Source: Pseudomonadota bacterium (GTDB lineage: Bacteria; Pseudomonadota; Gammaproteobacteria; UBA12402). Taken from it: DNA of 64,000 nt. Below are positions 61,227 through 64,000 of the stretch, piece after piece. The stretch is from assembly GCA_039190005.1 (NCBI GenBank), contig JBCCYM010000001.1, positions 36,024 to 100,023 on the forward strand, in the 5' to 3' direction. The translations under genes and the position numbers were made by a program. Position 1 is the first letter of the stretch; every line of letters starts with the position of its first letter. The notes under the pieces were generated by a model. That model was not told the origin of the DNA. It did not search any database and worked only from the letters and a program-made list of their open reading frames with translations.

Positions 61227-62924
61227 TTATAATTTAGTATAGTTATCATGCTGCGAGCGAATGTATTTGCCCGGATTCATGATATTATTGGGATCAAGTT
61301 TTTGTTTTAAGGTATCAACGATATCAACACCGGTATTGCCGATGTCATCGGCAATCCACGGTGCATGCTCATAACCAACAGCATGATGATGTGATAAGGT
61401 CGCACCACCGTCAATGAAAGACTGTTCAGCTGCTTGTTTGACCTGCCAGTATTGTTCGATAACTTTGTCTTGATGTTTAGGTAAAAAACCAAAGGTAAAA
61501 TATAAACTGGCACCGCTGTGATAACTGTGACTCAGATGACAACCAACCCAAGGTTCGCAGTCCAATTTTTGAATCGCTTGACGGATATTATCCATGGTTT
61601 GATGATAAAGCGGTAAAACATTATTCCATACGGTTGCGGTTTCGCTGACATCGACGACGATGCCGTAATCCATTAAATGGTCGCGCGTGTAAGGAAAGTC
61701 GTATTTGCTTTTAGCAAAAGAACGTCCCGGCGAGGCACCGAGCGCTATGGCGTGATGCTGTTTAAATAGCTTTGCGACCTTGTTATATTGTCGAGCAAAG
61801 GTTTTTTTATCCTGGGCTTCACAGCCGATGAGCATTAAACAGCATGTGTCGAGATCTATTTTTTTTATTTTTTTCAAATACCATTTTGTCACGCGCGACA
61901 GTAAACGCTGCGTAAATTTGCCACGTTTTTTAAACACAAACGAAAGTTGTGTTTTTTTAGCGTCGCTAAGACGCATCATGGTGGGTTTAACGCCTTTTTT
62001 TATCACGTGATTAACGGCTTCTACGCCGGAAGTGAAATCATGAAACAGAAAGCCGTAGTAAGCTTTATATTTCGGCAGAGGGTGTACCATCATGGTAATC
62101 TCAGTGATAATACCCAATACGCCTTCTGAACCGATACACAGTTGTTTAATATCAATGCCATTTGATGCTTTTGGAACTTCACGGGTGATAATTTCGCCAC
62201 TGGGGGTAATCATAGTGAGCGCGAACACCATGTCTTCAATTTTGCCGTAATGATCAGAGAGCATCCCGGCAGAGCGGGTAGCTACCCAGCCACCGAGACT
62301 GGAATATTCAAATGAATCAGGGAAGTGTCCCAGTGTGACATGTTCAGCGTTTAGTTTTTTTTCTAAGGCCGGACCGAGAATGCCGGCGCCGATTTTGGCC
62401 GTCATATTGTCGTGATTGACGATGACTTCATCAATCGCGCGCAAACTGACCACCACAATCATCCGCTGTTCTGATGCCAGTGATTCAACACCGCCAACAA
62501 TATTGGTGCCGCCACCGAATGGAATAATGACCACATTGTGTTGATGTGCTAAGCGGAGTATGTTGCTGACATCTTGATTGGAATAAGGATAAACAACGCA
62601 GTCCGGCGCGCGTTTGATATCGCTGTTACGGATGCGCCAGAGATCGCGAAAACTTTTACCATACGTATGTGCTAAACGTGTCTGGTCATCGCTTTTAATC
62701 TGTTCCGCTTGCAGTGTTTCGGTCAAACTGTTGATAAAAGCGGCATTTTCTTTGGCTTTAGGCAAGATAATGGTTTCTTTATTAACAACCCTGATTTTTT
62801 CCGGCAATTCCTTTAGTTTAATTTCTTTCATCAGGTACGGCCATAATGCCGGCCGGCTGTCAATATCAAATTCGATATTGGCATCACCCCAGCCCCACCA
62901 TTTCATGGATTTAATTGTTTTCAT
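61227..62924 (-). CDS. FAD-linked oxidase of the alkyl-dihydroxyacetonephosphate synthase (AGPS) type
   Basis: N-terminal MKWWGWGD... resembles the AGPS-specific LKWNGWGY box. It is followed by an FAD-binding PCMH domain (VVYPYSNQDVSNILRLAHQHNVVIIPFGGGTNIVGGV). The whole sequence is collinear with eukaryotic and myxobacterial AGPS. 565 aa. Confidence 0.7.
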   Translation of the reverse strand: MKTIKSMKWWGWGDANIEFDIDSRPALWPYLMKEIKLKELPEKIRVVNKETIILPKAKENAAFINSLTETLQAEQIKSDDQTRLAHTYGKSFRDLWRIRNSDIKRAPDCVVYPYSNQDVSNILRLAHQHNVVIIPFGGGTNIVGGVESLASEQRMIVVVSLRAIDEVIVNHDNMTAKIGAGILGPALEKKLNAEHVTLGHFPDSFEYSSLGGWVATRSAGMLSDHYGKIEDMVFALTMITPSGEIITREVPKASNGIDIKQLCIGSEGVLGIITEITMMVHPLPKYKAYYGFLFHDFTSGVEAVNHVIKKGVKPTMMRLSDAKKTQLSFVFKKRGKFTQRLLSRVTKWYLKKIKKIDLDTCCLMLIGCEAQDKKTFARQYNKVAKLFKQHHAIALGASPGRSFAKSKYDFPYTRDHLMDYGIVVDVSETATVWNNVLPLYHQTMDNIRQAIQKLDCEPWVGCHLSHSYHSGASLYFTFGFLPKHQDKVIEQYWQVKQAAEQSFIDGGATLSHHHAVGYEHAPWIADDIGNTGVDIVDTLKQKLDPNNIMNPGKYIRSQHDNYTKL

Positions 62925-63561
62925 GGTCGTTCTCTTTTAAATCAATCACCAGTTGTTGCAGTTGCCGTGATAATTCAGTAATTTGCTTTGAACTGTTATG
63001 CTTGTCAAGTGTAATCGTCAGTGGTTGACCGAACTTGACAGTAATGGGTGTTGGTCTGGGCCAGAGCTTACCCTTAGGAAGGCTGTCAAATGTGCCGTTG
63101 ATATAAGCGGGCACAATTGGAATATTTAACTTATGGGCTAACCAAATCGAACCACGTTTAAATGATCCGACTTTGCCGGTTTTTGTGCGCGTGCCTTCCG
63201 GGTACATAATAAATGTCGTTGGGTGTTTAGCGGATATTTTTTTGCATTGTTTCATCACATTTTTCATTTCTGATAACTTGGCTTCGCGACTGACACGTAC
63301 AAGACACATCAGTGACTGTAGCAGCAATGATTTAAACCAATGGTTAAAAAAATAATCCTGGGCGGCCAACATGGCAAAACGATGCAAGGAGAGCCCACTG
63401 GCTATCACCAGTGCCGCGGTATCGGCATGACTTGAGTGGTTACTGCAGATTAAAAAACTGCCTTCAGGCAGGTGGTGCTTGCCATAAGCTTTAAGCGGGC
63501 AATAAAAGCGAAAAAAAAAGCGACAAAAATACCAAAACAGGTGCCGGGTTATTCGGTACAT
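62911..63561 (-). CDS. Lysophospholipid/glycerol-phosphate acyltransferase family protein (LPLAT; candidate DHAP acyltransferase)
   Basis: HxxxxD motif NHSSHADT and motif III FPEGTRTKTG. 216 aa. Overlaps the AGPS-like gene by 14 nt (translational coupling). Confidence 0.75.
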   Translation of the reverse strand: MYRITRHLFWYFCRFFFRFYCPLKAYGKHHLPEGSFLICSNHSSHADTAALVIASGLSLHRFAMLAAQDYFFNHWFKSLLLQSLMCLVRVSREAKLSEMKNVMKQCKKISAKHPTTFIMYPEGTRTKTGKVGSFKRGSIWLAHKLNIPIVPAYINGTFDSLPKGKLWPRPTPITVKFGQPLTITLDKHNSSKQITELSRQLQQLVIDLKENDHENN

Positions 63562-64000
63562 TATTTACGCCCATATTGCTTATGTGCTTCAGTAAATTCG
63601 TTGCTAGCTACAGCGGCACCAAGTGAAATTTCCAAAGCTAAGACACAGCCAGCAAGAATTTGGCAGAATTTTTTAGTCGAATGTTCACCGGTACAGCCGA
63701 GCATGTCCAGATGATGACGCTGTTGTTTAAGACGTGTGGCGCCGCCAACTGTCCCGACAGTTAGAGAGGGCAAGGTGGCGGTGACAACTAAGTCATCGCC
63801 GGTAATTTCATAGCGTATAATACTGTTTGAGTTTTCTGTCGCGCAAGCGGCGTCTTGTCCGGTAGCGAGATAGATCGCGGTTAGCGCGTTGGCAGTATGC
63901 ATATTAGAACCACTAACACCCGCCAGCAGCGACGCGTCTTGTTTAACATAATAAGCGGAGGTTATTTCCTGTTTGCTAACATGCATAACTCGTTTGAGTA
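63561..64000 (-). CDS. HMG-CoA reductase, C-terminal part (gene continues beyond window end)
   Basis: ALTAIYLATGQDAACATENS and ATLPSLTVGTVGG regions match the HMGR catalytic domain. The stop overlaps the start of the acyltransferase by 1 nt. Confidence 0.7.
   Translation of the reverse strand, partial: LKRVMHVSKQEITSAYYVKQDASLLAGVSGSNMHTANALTAIYLATGQDAACATENSNSIIRYEITGDDLVVTATLPSLTVGTVGGATRLKQQRHHLDMLGCTGEHSTKKFCQILAGCVLALEISLGAAVASNEFTEAHKQYGRK

Overview
This is a chromosomal segment from a moderately AT-rich gammaproteobacterium (about 40% GC by eye). Gene content and order (glyS-gmhB, glmU-glmS, ftsQAZ-lpxC, secA-mutT, tatABC, smg-topA, rpmH-rnpA-yidD-yidC-mnmE, an HMG-CoA reductase fragment) fit a Legionellales-like organism. 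The housekeeping backbone is interrupted by accessory material. The most interesting parts are:

- A putative ether-lipid biosynthesis operon at the right end (HMG-CoA reductase, LPLAT-type acyltransferase, alkyl-DHAP-synthase-like FAD oxidase, SDR reductase).
- A 1785-aa twin-arginine-signal protein with two bulb-type lectin domains, sitting 18 nt downstream of tatC in the tatABC operon.
- An 804-aa tandem Ddl-Ddl fusion in the position ddl normally occupies before ftsQ, followed by a chromosomal TraT-like lipoprotein with a consensus sigma70 promoter.
- Two adjacent genes for secreted repeat proteins that share a terminator hairpin module; the second has a C7T10 homopolymer tract upstream.
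- Two families of short dispersed repeats. One is built from a CCTGAGCCTGTCGAAGGG / GAGCTTGTCGAAGCC motif and brackets cargo genes. The other is a GGATTCCCGC-N6-GCGGGAATCC palindrome forming MITE-like elements.

No tRNA, rRNA or CRISPR loci were found. An IS transposase remnant precedes a complete mrpABCDEFG antiporter operon.
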